From: Octopus vulgaris
Taxonomy: Eukaryota
Reading direction: 5' to 3'
Length of the DNA: 64,000 bases
Assembly (NCBI GenBank): GCA_951406725.2
Contig: OX597834.1
Coordinates: forward strand, 22,754,001-22,818,000
The position numbers and the translations under genes are program-made. The notes beneath the pieces were generated by a model. The model was not told the DNA's origin and ran no database searches. It saw only the letters and a list, made by a program, of their open reading frames with translations. Of the stretch, positions 1 through 15,005 are shown piece after piece. Numbering within the stretch: position 1 is the first letter of the stretch; every line of letters begins with the position of its first letter.

Positions 1-204
1 GCATCATCTAAATATGATATAAAATAATTAAAGATTGAGAATAATAAATAGATAAATATTTGAATATAAATTAAAATCATTATTATTTCTTGAAAATTTT
101 CCTTTAATTTTGATGGAAAACAAAACGATAAAAGCAAAAAAAACAATACCGAGGTGAACGGTGATTATAAAATTTAAGCATCCGCTCTGTATAACCAGTT
201 TAAC

Positions 205-456
205 ATGGCGAACGTGAACGATGAGATCAAAAGCCTCACTTATTTTAACGTCCGACCAGTCATACTTCGAGGGTTTGTGGGGCCTTTCTTAATTCTGTAC
301 ATCTGTTGGTTTTATCTCTGGATTGTGGTGTATGGAGTCGAAGAATATTTCGACGCTGGTATTATTGCCGTCGGTATAATCGTGTTTGTACACACCCTCA
401 CAGGCCTGTTTTGTGTTTGGTCCGTTCACGTCCAATGTGCACTCACTTGTACTTCG
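205..456 (+). CDS. ATP13A1: ATP13A1 exon 1 (MANVNDEIK...CALTCTS)
   Basis: ATG 205; two hydrophobic N-terminal helices, [11 protein letters not shown] motif; donor GTAAGT at 457, phase 0. Confidence 0.9.
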
Positions 457-616
457 GTAAGTATATTTCTGTTGATCAATTAATCAATATTAATTCGCTT
501 GAATGATGCTAAACTTTTGTCTTTTGTATCGAACTTTTTTACTCCATGTACATGCATTTATTGACTTACAGAAATTACTGAGGCAAAATCGAAAGATTTC
601 ACATTGTATATATATA

Positions 617-688
<72 letters not shown>

Positions 689-1967
689 AACAAAAGGGAA
701 AGTACTCAATACATGTAGAGGTTGTTCGTACGAAGTTGATCATTCACTCCGTCGCAACTCCGAGTTCCCTGTCTTGCTACGTGTAATCCTCGAAGGAACA
801 AAAAAAAAAGCTATCGCAGTTTTCTTTTTATTTATTTTTATATGACCTTATGATCGTTTTTACTCTCTTCTTCATTTTATTCACAGCTTTTGTGCGGTTT
901 TTCAAAATAATATTTCTTGACAAGAACAACGCGATAATTTGGGGTTATAGTTGATCATTATCAATCTGGTGCTGCACCGGTTCTTTCTCATCTTATCCAC
1001 ACCCCACACCCACGAGAATGAAAGAAGTCGAACTCAGCTGGTTTTGAAATCCCATAACACGCATCAGTATATATATATATATATATATATATATACGCAC
1101 GCACACACACACACGATCAAATAAGTACTATTATGTCAGCGTTTTTATAACAGCGTGGTGACCTCCTCCAGCTTTACCAATAAACAGTACAAAAGAACGA
1201 TGGCACTGTTATTCCATAATTACTAATAGAATGTAGAATGTTTTCTAAAACGAACCATATGGTTCGTCGCATTTTTCTTAAATCGCTGACCATCACCTTG
1301 GATTCGTTTTCTGTTTTGAGCTTTTTTTCTTCTTTTACTCATAATTTTTCGGTTTTTAATTAGCCGGCTCCCTCTCATTCATAGCTTTCGTTACATATAT
1401 AAAGCATTTGGCTTAAGGTTTTTTTGTTTGTTTTTTTTTTCATTATTCTATAAATATTTTCAATATCAATAGTATATTTATTTTCAAAAGAAGCTTAAAA
1501 GTGAACATTTTTGCTGTGCAAAATAATTTTCTAAATATTTTTCTTGGAGGATCTCATGTTTAGGGTTTCATTTTCACTTTGCTCGTATCCACATTGTCCT
1601 CTCTCTCTCTCCCCCCACACACATAGACGTGTGTGTCTCAAGTACATCTTAACATTACAATCCCTAACATTAATTGCTAGTTTGCCTCTTGTTTTTATTG
1701 AGCTGACCGATTTTTCAACCTGCTTAATTTTCCTCCACAAATTTTCTTTATTTTATTTTATTTTAATTTTTTCTAAAATCTATTAAATTTTATTTCGATA
1801 TTACGTCCTGATTTTACATGTAAGAAAATAATTTTTGAATTGTGCCGTCGCGTTTATTTTCCGACTTGAAAACTGAAACAAAATTTGTATGAAATCCCGA
1901 AGAGGGAGGGGGTCATATTTGGGGAGAGAACTAAATAGATAAATGTTACTATTAGAATTGAAATTTT

Positions 1968-1998
<31 letters not shown>

Positions 1999-4900
1999 GC
2001 TTTTATTTCGATATATTTCAAGGTCGCATTATATGAAGCGCAGTGGCTAATGGGATAAGCTAAACAAAGAAATCTTAACTTCCGTGAACATGATTTCGTG
2101 TTCGGCTTATACCGACCATGCGATTGATGTTCAAGCAGGATGTTTCTTTAAGCATTAATTGTTTTATATATTTGAAAAAAAAAATTATAAAGCTACTGTC
2201 TAATAACGTGCCATTTTTGACTCAGCAAATCCTATAAGCAACAGTATTGTTGCTTATAACTATCCCAACTTTCTTTTTCGTGTGCATCGTAACTCATGAC
2301 AACCATTTAGGCAATCAGTGACAATCAATCGGTACTGGCCTCAAAGTGAAACCATTTGTTCGATTGATTGCCGACATAGCTATTATTTCTAGCTAGTCGA
2401 GCGACAACATATAGCAATGTTTGTCATGGTGGGACGCACCACCCCTCCATCGGCGGAACGTGGGTCACTTCAAAATGGGGTGTAAGTAACAAATGAATAA
2501 AACTTGTGTTGGCGCGCGCTGGGACATGAGGTAAAAAAAGGGTTGAGACACGGTTGTAGGGGATCCTTCGTTACCTTAACTGGCTACAATGATGATAGTT
2601 GTCTTGCCCTAGGTCAGCCCCCACTGATCCAAGGCGTTCCAGCCGTTACCTTTCAATCTTTGTTGTCCCGTCACTTAGCGGTTCGGCAAAAGAGACCGAT
2701 AGAATAAGTACTGGGCTTACAAAGAATAAGTCCCGGGGTCGATTTGATCGACTAAAGGCGGTGCTCCAGCATGGCCACAGTCAAATGACTGAAACAAGTA
2801 AAAGAGTAAAGAGTATACTGCCCTTTTATAGTCTGCAATGCCAGTTGTTGTGTGGTGCCGCTTCTCTCACACTTGTGAATTTACATTCAAAATCTAGTTA
2901 TTGTATGTCTCAGCAGTTTTCTAGATTATTCCCCCACCATCACCACCACCTCTTGGATCGAGGTGGCCAGACAGGGCAACATGAAATGATCTTATGTCTT
3001 GTAGCGCATCAGGGAGTATCTGATACACTGGGCATAATGAGAATTCACAATATCAATACCCTTGTACCTTGAGACTTCACTCTGACACCTTATCACCTCC
3101 GTCTTTGTCTTCTTTCCATCTACTGCCATGCACCCTCATATAATCCAGGAAAGCCATACATGCTTGTCCTTTTATCATATATGAGCCTCTCAACGCCTGG
3201 CATAAAATTACCTCCCCTTCTCTCAACTATCCCCACCACCACTCCTTACTCTGTCGGGGTTGCTTTTTCATTTCTTGTCTTGCAAGTTATTAACTGACCT
3301 CAATAGTACAGCTGTCATGAAAAATGCACCCAGTACACAATGTCAAGTGGTGGTTGTTGTTAAGAAGGATGTTATAAAAGCCATGCCAAATGTGACACTG
3401 AAGCTCAGCCCGGGCCTACAGCTGGTCGGATCCTGTCAAATAGTCCAACCCATGCCAGCAAGGGAAATGGACATCAAATGGTGATAAATATAGATTAGCA
3501 GCTGTTTTGTCATGCAGGGTTGCCAGATTCAGCTCCCAGTTGTAAATTATGCTACTTTTCAGGACTCCATACTTTTTTTTAATTTGTCCTAATTACTGCT
3601 TTAAAATTATAATTTCTGAAGGCAACATTCCTATTGATTATCATTAAATTATCAAATTAAAACTGACATAAGGCAATCTTGTATTTTCTTTCAATTAACT
3701 AGTTTTAGGTTAATTTCTCTCAGATTCCCCTAATTTTTGAGCTGTTTTTATGAAATTGAACAGTTGAACCTTGCTGCTGTGGCCTGTGGCTAAGCCTGTT
3801 TGCATGTGATCACTTATTTCTGGTTAAAGAATAAAAACCAGGCAGTGATTCAGTGGGGTCCAACCACTGGGTGAGTGCTCCCCACAGGTTTAAGTTTTTT
3901 ACTGATGTATAGAAATGTCTTATTACTGTTGAGTCAAGTGCTATTAGATGGCAGTGACACATGGACACCGACAAAGAAATTATCAAATGGGCTGAATAGC
4001 TGCTACCTAAGGATGCTGCTAATGGCAGCAACATATGACAAACAAGTGCTTTCATGGAGACCTGCTGAAAGTTATTAAGGAATATCAGGCAAAGACATCT
4101 GCAACTCACTGGTCAATGTGTACACCACTCTGAACTAGAAGCATCTAAATTAGTTTTGTGGAGCCCACTTATTGATGATGTGAGGAGAAGAAAATGTTTT
4201 CACCTTTACATCGGCAACTTGATTGCAGGCAGTGGCCTGGAACATAACCAGGACCTTGAGACAGTGATGTTGGACCGAGAGGTGTGCAGGTGGACTTTGT
4301 TGCTGCAGCCTGGATTGGAACCTGGCCGTTGATAAAATAATAAAAAAAAAGCTTCATTGTTTTTATATCCAATTTTACATGCTTTGCATAAGTTGGATGG
4401 AATTCATTGAGTTGGGTTTTCTACAGCTGGATGCTCTTCCTGTTGCCAACTCTCACTTGTTTCCAAGTAAGGTTAATATTTCCCCATGGCCAGACATGTT
4501 CTTGCAGGATACATAGCAAAATGAATGATATTGCTTCTATGGCAGTGAGACACTTTTACAACTAATATGCAATGTCAATGTTAGAGGAAACATACACACA
4601 CATGCACATATACATGACAGGCTTCTTTCAGTTTCCATTTACCAAATCCACTCAAAAGGCTTTGGTTAGCCCAAACATGTAGTAGAAGGCACTCTACACA
4701 ACACCTCGACAAATGTCTACTAGTTGGGACTGAACCTGAAACCATATCACTGAAAGCCCCTTAACCATAGTCATGCCTGCACCTATTTAGAGACTTTTTT
4801 TTTTGTCTTGATGTGGCGGTTGCTGTGTCAGTCATTTACTTCAAGAGTGTCTGAAGGTGAAGTCCGGTCAAGATGTGTGCTGAACAAACTGAATGAAAAA

Positions 4901-5567
4901 TGGGCAACTGAGAATGGTCAAAATCCCAGAGTCAAACATTTCTGGAATCACACCTCCAAAGAATGACAGTAATCTGAGTAGTGACCGCTTTGTTATTGTA
5001 CTCTTTCAGTTCATCTAAATCTAATTACCTCTGTCTTTGCTAAGATGGAGGTATTGTTTTCAGTCGTTTTTTTTGTTTGTTTGTTCGTGGGCGAGATATT
5101 TCAAGAACCACTGGATGGATTCAGCTGAAACTTGCAGGGATATTTGGCATCGTGACTGGCACAAACTGGGATCGATCAATTGCCGGACCTGGATTCTGGA
5201 TTATTTTTCCTGTTTTTTTTTTACTTAATTTTTGAGAGCAGTTGGGTTCATCTTTAGTATTCTCATTGGTTACATTTGGAACCAAACTTCTTAACCTGAC
5301 AACCATGCTTCTATGCTATAAGTGTATAAATATACTTATAAGTGTGTACATATATTTTTGAGTGTATTTACTCTTTACTCTTTTACTTGTTTCAGTCATT
5401 TGACTGCGACCATGCTGGAGCACCGCCTTTAGTCAAGCAAATCAACCCCGGGATTTATTCTTTGTAAGCCCAGTACTTATTCTATCGGTCTCTTTTGCCG
5501 AACCACTAAGTGATGGGGACGTAAACACACCAGCATCGGTTGTCAAGCAATGCTAGGACAAACACAG

Positions 5568-5627
<60 letters not shown>

Positions 5628-8600
5628 GACAGGCTTCTTTCAGTTTCCGTCTACCAAATCCACTCACAAGGCATTGGTCGGCCCAGGGCTATAGCAGAAG
5701 ACACTTGCCCAAGATGCCACGCAGTGGGACTGAACCCGGATCCATGTGGTTGGTTAGCAAGCTACTTACCACACAGCCACTCCTGCGTATACATATATTT
5801 TGTTTGCATTTATAGTTAAGCTTTCATCCATAAGCATTACTGATACCTCATCATTTCCAGCTTTAAAAAAAGTGAAAAGTTTCTATATTAATGCTGTCAT
5901 CATGAAGTATATGGTGTTACTTTGATTATTTTCCTCAGATATCCTGCAGTGGAGTCCCATCTTTATGTATATATGGGACTACATTGTACAATCTAGCCTT
6001 TATCTATACCAGGAGGGTGTCATTTCAGGTGCATTTGACTGCCGTTTCTAGCACATCAAAGTGGTCACATTGAAGCTTTCTCAGTGGTTCATGTTAGTGG
6101 CATTGATGCTTGTGAGGTGGTAACAAAAATTGTGACTGGTGGTTGTTTAGTTCTAGTTCACTAATTCACCATATCTATAATCAAAGACATTCCAGTTTGA
6201 CCATCAAGTGTGATTTGAGGCAGATTTGATTGCTATTTCTAGTACACCAAGTAGCCATTTAATATATCTCAAGAAGGAATATCTTTTGCTCTTCGGGATT
6301 CCAGCTGCTACCTGGTGGTGTTTTGGAAGAATGCCCAATTTAGAACTGAGACTTTTGGTGATTTCACGGAGAATAAAAATAGCAGCATGAAAGGTCAGGC
6401 TTTTTTGTGCTATTACCAAATACTTTGTCTAGAAATAGGTATGTCTTTCATTTGTGTGTGTCACTGGCATAATTCTCAGGGTCCTTGAGACACATAAGCT
6501 GCCATATCACAAGGACTGGACCTTGTGGTAGGGCTTGTACCATGTTTTCACTAATCTTTCAGGTGCTTATGTAGCCATGGGCAGATAAACAGACACCGTC
6601 TCAGCTCCAACACTTTTGATCCAGCAGTAGTTGGGGTAGGGGAAAGAAGAGGAGGGTGGGTCCCCTTCAGTACTGAGCTGGGACTCATTTCAAGTTGAAT
6701 AGACTGGAGAAATTGCGTGCCTTACCCAAGGACTCAACATGCCATCTGTTTGTAATGTTTGAACCTACAAACATTATGATCACAAACCCAACATTCTAAC
6801 TACTAGATCATGCACCTTCATGCATGTGATTAAGGGCACAATTTATCTGACATTTTGTTCAACCAATCTCCTATGCACACGTATAGAAACATGTACACAT
6901 ATATTTATGTATTATGACAGCAAATTTGATTTATGACCACAGTTAAATAACATTTTATGTTTTATCACCATTACTCTTTATCACTGTGTTTTTGAGTCAT
7001 CTTCATTAATTTTCTGTTAATGGTTTCATTAATTCCCAACAGCTGCTGCTTCTGACATACCTTGCCATTTTAGCATTTAGATAAGCCATATCCAACTTAA
7101 AAATTTCACCTGTTTTATTTTCAAATGGACCAGATCCAGGCTCTCACACCTACCCTACAATGTCATTTGAAAACTAAATAATCACTTCATTGAAATCTTG
7201 AAGCTATGAGATAATGGGTGATTAATTCAAAACAATGTCAATAAATAGGTGTTGTATTTGGCAGGGTAATCTGGTGCTTACAGTAATTTGACTATCTAGA
7301 AATAGCAGCCAATGAAATTACACCCAACCATCACAACCTAAAATGAAAAGATAGTCTGGACAATGTAATCCATCATACACAAACATAAATACTTTTGATC
7401 ATGGGCTTTAGTCAAACAAATTGACCCCAGGACTTTGTGAGCCTAGTACTTATTCTATCGATCTCTTTTGCTGAACCGCTAGGTTACAGGGATGCAAACA
7501 CACCAACATTGGTTATCAAGCAATCATGGGGGGACAAACACACACACACATATATATATATGTATATATGTGTATATATATACACAACGGGCTTCTTTTC
7601 GATATCCATTTACCAAATCCACTCACAAGGCTTTGGTTGGCCCAAGGCTATAATAGAAGACACTTGCCCAAGGTGCCATGCAGTGAGACTGAACCTGGAA
7701 CCATGTGGTTGGTAAGCAAGCTACATACCACAGAGCCACTCCTGTATGTTTATGATTATAACAGTTTATTTACACGGGCAGTTGAATTTACTTTTTTTTT
7801 AATATATCATTTGCTGAGAAATTTGAGAATGCCTCTTAAATTTCTCCTGACTGTTGTTGTTATTGTTATTATTATTATCATTATTTGACTACTTTCAGGT
7901 GTCTGATCCTTTTAAAGCTTCCCTTATAAAGGTCGTACCAACTCCCAATAATGGTTCAACAGAACTAGTGACATTAAATCATGTAACGGTGAGTATGAAT
8001 TTAGCTTCTGATGACCAAATTTCATTTGGGGCATCCAGCTGTAGAAACTGTGCCAAAGAAGACTTTGGAGCTTAGTGTAGTCCTCTGGCTCGATGGCTCC
8101 TGTCAAATCATCCAACCCAGGCCAGAATGGAAAACAAATGTTAAAACCCTTTAGCATTCAGATTACTTTATCAAATGTAATGTTTTATATATTCAAATTG
8201 TTTGGAATTAATCATACATTTTACTTGTAGCTCCAAGATTTCAATGATGTGATTGTTTATTTTTAGAATGACATTATCGGGTTGGTGTGAGAGGTTGGAT
8301 ATGGCCAATTTGTGAATAAAACAGGTAGAATATTTGGGCTAGATATGATTCGTTAGAATGCTAGATGTTTAAATGGTGATGATAATAATGATGTAAATTG
8401 TAGGCAGCTTTCATTCCCAAGTTTTTGTGACTTTCTGGTAGCAGATAGCCATACTGGGGTACCAAACACCAAAATCTCATGGTTGCAAAGCAAACTTAAC
8501 AATTTAGCCACAATAATCATTATCATCCCACAATAATCATTACCATCATCATCCGATTCCCATACTAACATCGGTTAGACAGTTTAACAGGAGCTGGCAA

Positions 8601-11600
8601 GCCAGAGAGCTTCTCTAGGATTCAATTTGTCTGTTTCGGCATGATTCCTGAGGCTAGATGCTTTATATGTGACACCAGCAGAGGTGCTTTCCCCACATCA
8701 TGCTAGCATGGGTGCCAGACAAAAATATGCGAGAATGAAGAACCCTGTTCTTTTTTATTGTATATCTTTATACCATTTTTGAAAGCACATTGGCACTGAG
8801 GTTGCAGTGCTGTTCTACCAGAAAATAAGACAACAGACTTTGAAAAACATCTAAGGTTTCATTAAAGGAAGGGTATATGATTCAACAAAGTGTTGTTGAA
8901 ATACTGCCAGCATAGAGAAATCAGACCTAAAAATAATAACTATGGTGAACATGTGATGAAATATGATTCTATTGATGCATACTTGACAATACACTTCTGG
9001 TAGTGATATTTCACAGATGTTATCCCACTAATGTTGGTTATCCAATTGATTTACATGACTCTACCAAAATAGGAGTTTATCTTCACTCATAAAGACTTAC
9101 GTGTTTCTTTACAGTTATTACCATCTGGCCAGCCTCTGGACCCAAATTCCAGCGAAGCTTCCCAGGAAAATCTTAAACAGGTTACTACAATTTATGTTTT
9201 TTTTTATTCTATTTCTTTTCTTTTCTATCATTTGACCCCTTAACCATTTAATTTCCTCTTATTTGGGAAGAGATTTATTTTACCTACTTTTCTCTCACAC
9301 ACACTTTGGTGCGATGAAATTCATGCAGTGTTTATATGAATGTAATGTAGATAATATAATAGATGGATGTAAATAATATATAGGCGCATGAGTGGCTGTG
9401 TGGTAAGTAGCTAGCTTACCAACCACATGGTTCTGGGTTCAGTCCCACTGCAAGTGTCTTCTATTATAGCCTCAGGCCAACCAAAGCCTTGTGAGTGGAT
9501 TTGGTAGACGGAAACTGAAAGAAGACCGTCGTATATATATGTATGTATGTATATATATACGTGTGTGTGTTTGTGCGTCTGTGTTTGTCCCCCACCACCA
9601 TTGCTCGACAACGAATGCTGGTGTGTTTAAGTCCCCATAACTTAGTGGTTCGACAAAAAGAGACTGATAAAATAAGTACTGGGCTTACAAAGAATAAGTC
9701 CTGGGGTCGATTTGCTTGACTAAAGGCAGTGCACCAGCACTGAAACAAGTAAAAGAGTATAGATATTATATAAGTGTAGGCATGTGTGGTTATCTTCACT
9801 TCCCAACCACAGAGTTCCAGGTTCAGTCCTACTACATGGCACCTTGGGCAAGTTTCTTCTATTATAGCCCTGGGCCAATGAAAGCCTTTTGAGGGGATTT
9901 GGTAAACAGAAACAGGAAGAAGCTTGTCGTATATACATATGTGTGTCTGTCAGTCTCTGTATGTTGACGGAGGTTATGCTTCCATGTCTTGATATTGTTT
10001 GATAGTTGTAACGGTGATTCACTGTTATGCAAGCAGTGTCACTAATTCCCAATCTTCCATGAAACCATGTCTTACCATGGGGAAAATATTACCTTACTTA
10101 TAAACAGATGATGGAAGGGCATCAGAGAGTAGAAAATCTGCTTCAATGAATTCCATTTGACTCGTGCAATCCTTGAAAAATAGATGTTAAAATGATGATG
10201 ACACAAATTCAATGTAATAAGTTTTGTTTCTTTTGTCTTTTAGGTTAGTTTAAAAAAAGAGGCTTGGTTCTGGTTTCAAAAAACCAAGTATGTCTACAGT
10301 GCAGATGAGAAGAAACAGTTTCTGCCTCTCAACTTCCCTGTCGATTTGAGTATTAAACAGTTTTTGGAATGGAAGGGTTATCCTGATGAAGTTGAAATTA
10401 AAGCAGCTGAATACAAGTATGGAAAAAACACGTAAGTTATTACTCAATTAATGAAATAAAGTGGGTGTACTTGTCTGCATATTTAACGATGTCACTTTCT
10501 CCATGCTGGCGTGGGTTGGACAAAACTACACATCTTTTATCTTTTACTTGTTTCAGTCACTAGACAGCAGCCATGCTAGGGGACCACCTTCATGAAATCT
10601 TAGTTGAATGAATCGACCCCAGTCCTTTTTTTTTTTTTTGCCTGATACTTATTTTATCAGTCTGTTTTGCTGAACAGCTAAGCTGCAGGGGTGTAAACAC
10701 ACCAACACCTGTTGTCAAGCAGTGTTGAGGGGCAAACACAAAGGCATGCATACACACACACACACTGGTCTTCTTTCAATTTCTGTCTACCACATCTATT
10801 CACAGGGCTTTGGTCAACACATGCACTCACACACACACTATCATGGTAGTGTCTACTTTCCTGTAGCTGCATGAATCAGACAAGATTTATTGAGGCAGAT
10901 TTCCTGTAGCCAGACGGTCTTCCTGTTGTCATCCATCACTTGATTCCAAGCAAGATAATATTGCCCCCAGTAGCAGAAATGTTTCCACGGAAGACTGCAA
11001 CCAATAAGTTCATTCAACATGTGGCATTTGTTTCCAGTTCTCTGCATAAAACATGTCTGAGCCACTCATGGGGTTGAAGGACCAGGAGATTATTACCTCC
11101 ACTGGAAACAGGTGACATTGATAGCAAGAAGGGCATCTGGCTGTTAGAATTTCTTTGTACTCTTGTCTGACCCCTCACGAGCATGGAGAAGTTGGCTCTT
11201 AAAACAATGGAGATGGTGATGAATCAGATGTACAGATATACATATATGTAAGACACACACTTTCATACATACACATGCAACAGGCCTTTTACAGTTTTTA
11301 TCTACTGACAAATTCACTCACAAAGCATTAGCCAGCCCAGGACTATACTAGAAGCCAATTGCCCTAGGTGCTGCACAGTGGGACAGAACTTGAAATCCCA
11401 TGATTGCAAAGCGAACGTTTTAACCATGTAGCCATGCCTGTCTCTATGTTAAGAAATCAATATTTACCATTAGTTATATAAAAAATACCGAATACACTTT
11501 TGCTGAACGGACAAGATACCAAAAAGACATAAAAATAAAAATTTTATCTCGTTAAATCTTAAGTGCCAATTTGGTGAATTGGTAATTAAACTATGTAGAT

Positions 11601-14052
11601 AGGAATGTATTATTATTATTGTGTCCATTTGGCTTCTTGGCTTCAGCAAAAGTGCGTTCGGCATACATTCGCCCACATGTAGATAAATAGTTATTTTACT
11701 GCTTCTAACTGAACCTTCTCTTTTATTTATTTTCACATTGTAGCATGGAAATGATTGTACCTAAATTCATGGAATTATTTCAAGAAAGAGCTACAGCACC
11801 GTTCTTCATCTTCCAAGTGTTTGGAGTTGCTCTGTGGAGTTTGGAAGAATACTGGTATTACAGTCTTTTCACTTTAATCATGTTGGTTGCGTTTGAAGCG
11901 ACTCTCGTACAACAACAACTCCGCAACATGACTGAAATACGGAAAATGGGTAACAAACCTTACATTATTCAGGTAAATTGATTCAGTTGTTATTTTTTTC
12001 TCTTTTTAACTATGAAGAATGAGACTTAAAAACATAATTGTCCAAAGAAAAGCAAATTATTGATATAACAAGTATGAATTCACCCTCATTCACCACATCC
12101 CACAAAAAATAATTATATAAATCCTAAAACAGTTTAAATTAATAAAGTCAAATTTCAAATTAGGATATATGTATGTATACTGTGTATTGTGCATGTGTGC
12201 TGGCACCAAGTAAAAAGTTCCCATACTGGTGCCACATAAAAAGCACCCAGTACACATTCTAAAGTGGTTGGCATTATTAGGAAGGGCATCCAACCATAGA
12301 AACCATGACAAAACAGACAATTGGAGTCTGGTGCAGCACTCCAGAATGCCACCTCCTGTCAGACCGTCCAACCCATGCCTGCATGGAAAACGGATATTAA
12401 ATGATGATGTGTGTATGTGTTTGCCTGGTTTTTATATTTGTCACTGCTGGAAAAGATGGCATTTGTGCCCTGTGACTTACTGGTACAGTAAATAGAAATC
12501 ATCAAATTAAATACTAAGCTTAAAAAAAATGAAATAAGCTGCTCCAGCATGGCTACAATCTAATGAGTGAACCAAGTACAAAAGTATTACCAAAGATGAC
12601 ACTCACTCCTCACAACATTCTATTTTGCATTAATCGAAGTTGTGGAATTGTCTCCCCTCCCTTTTTTTTTTTAACAAAGCCAGCTAGAGACAACGATCTC
12701 TTGGGGCTATAAAGTTACAGTAACACCCCCTCCCCAATGTGGTTAGCCACGATAAGATGGTTTCTATACTTTACATTATCGAGCGATTACTGTTTCAATC
12801 TCATTCTGAGATTTAATTATGCTTACTGTTAGTTTTTTGACATCAGTGGCAGACGCCACTAGAAAAACTTATATATATTTGCAAAGCAGCCTTCACTTTC
12901 ATCGCGACCTGGTGGTTACCGCCCGTTGACGAGGGACAAAAATCCCGAAACTAGTTTGAGCGTATCACTCAGGCTTGCGAGGAAGGGATGGCCTCCCTTT
13001 GCAAATACTCCAAGGACACTGATATTGTGTCTAAAGACAGCTAGAGACGACGATCTCTTGGGGCTATAAAGCTACAGTAACACCCCCTCCCCAATGTGGT
13101 TAGCCATGATAAGATGGCTTCTATACTTTACAACAATAATTAGTATTTGAGATAATTTTTTACCTCATTATAAATATAATTTTACTTGATAACAATTTCT
13201 CAGTTTCCCACATTATATTAACAGTCAATTTACTAATTACCATTTAATAATCTCTCACAATTTATTACCATTTGTCTTTGTCATTGATAAAAGTTCCCGT
13301 TATTCTTTGGTAGGTTTACCGAAATAGGCGCTGGCGTGGAATTTACAGTGATGAACTTCTTCCTGGAGACATCGTGTCCATAGGTGTGTTATTTGTATTG
13401 TAGTCTTTGTGTATGTCATTGTTCTTGTAATAGTTGCAGATCAGCCTTGATTTGACCTGCCCCATTGTTTTGTCATGTACGTGTGTATGTGTATATAGAA
13501 TGTGCATGTGTGTATAATATATATATTATTGTTGGCGTTAGGAAGGGCATCCAGCTGTAGAAACATTGCCAGATAAGACTGGAGCCTGGTGCAGCCTTCT
13601 GGCTTCCCAGATCCCCGGTCGAACCATCCAACCCATGCTAGCATGGAGAACGGACGTAAACGATGATGATGATGATGATGATATATATACAACTTATAAA
13701 TAAGGGCTAAAGAAAATTATTTCTATGCCAATATGCTGATAACAGACTTTTAAATCGTCAATTTCCACATATTATTTACTCGCTACAGGTAAAAACACGA
13801 AGAGCTGAAAACAAGGAAAGTCGGCTGATAGAATTTTTTTTAAAAGTTCGTTATTTCTATATTGAATCAATTTCAGAATTAATCTCATAATAGATTTTTT
13901 CCTCTTCAGTAGAAAATACGAGAGGATATAAATAAGATACTTACATGCGCCCGTGGAAAAAAGCCGAAGCAAAATTCATGAGTACATATAAGTACCCCAG
14001 ATATATCTAGAAATAAAATCCTTTGGTCAGCCTCAGTACAGGGACTGGTTAC

Positions 14053-14107
<55 letters not shown>

Positions 14108-14755
14108 AATGCAGGTGTGATTGTATAATTGAGAAGCTTGCTTCCCAGCCATGTGGTTTTGAGTTCAGTCCCATTGTGCAGCACTTTGTATTCTACAATA
14201 ATCCCAGGCTAACCAAAGCCTTGTGAGTAGATTTGGTAAACAGAAACTGAAAGAAGCCCTGTTGTGTGTGTGTGTATGTCTACTTTTGTCTTGATGTCAT
14301 GTGATGGTTGTATGTGCCCATTACCTCATACAAGCAGTGTTTGCTTCCAATCTTCTGTGAAAAACATGTCTCTCCATGAAAAAATATTATGTTACCCAGA
14401 GACAATTGAGGACTAGTAACAGGCAGGGAATTCTATCAGACCATGCGAGCATGGAAATGTAGACATTAAAGACAATGATGATAATGTATGTATGTGTGTT
14501 TATATTAGTCTCGGGTATTCAGCAGAGTGTATACCTTTATGAAGTAGCAAGTCAACAGTTCAACTAGGACTCATTCTGTTTTGTTTTGTTCTTTTTCTTA
14601 GGGCGTACTCAAGATGAAAAGCTTGTACCTTGTGATTTACTGCTGTTACGTGGACCTTGTATTGTTGATGAGTCCATGTTAACTGGGGAGTCAGTACCAG
14701 TCATGAAAGTGAGTAATCTAATGATTCTCTGCTGTTTTCTTTACAATTACTAAAC

Positions 14756-14792
<37 letters not shown>

Positions 14793-14972
14793 ACACACAC
14801 ACACACACACACACACACATCTGGATTAACAAAGAAGAGCAAAAATATTAGATATGTCTTGGAAAGTTTATTCATTTTTGGAAGCAGAGGTTTCACTTAG
14901 TCAGTATTCTGTGTTTTGTGGAAGACTCAGTAACGGAGTGAAAACCCCACCTTCAAATATATGACTATATAT

Positions 14973-15005
<33 letters not shown>

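Noticed and set aside
166-171. TATAAA upstream of ATP13A1
   Set aside because: Only ~35 nt from the ATG in very AT-rich DNA; cannot be told from chance without TSS data.
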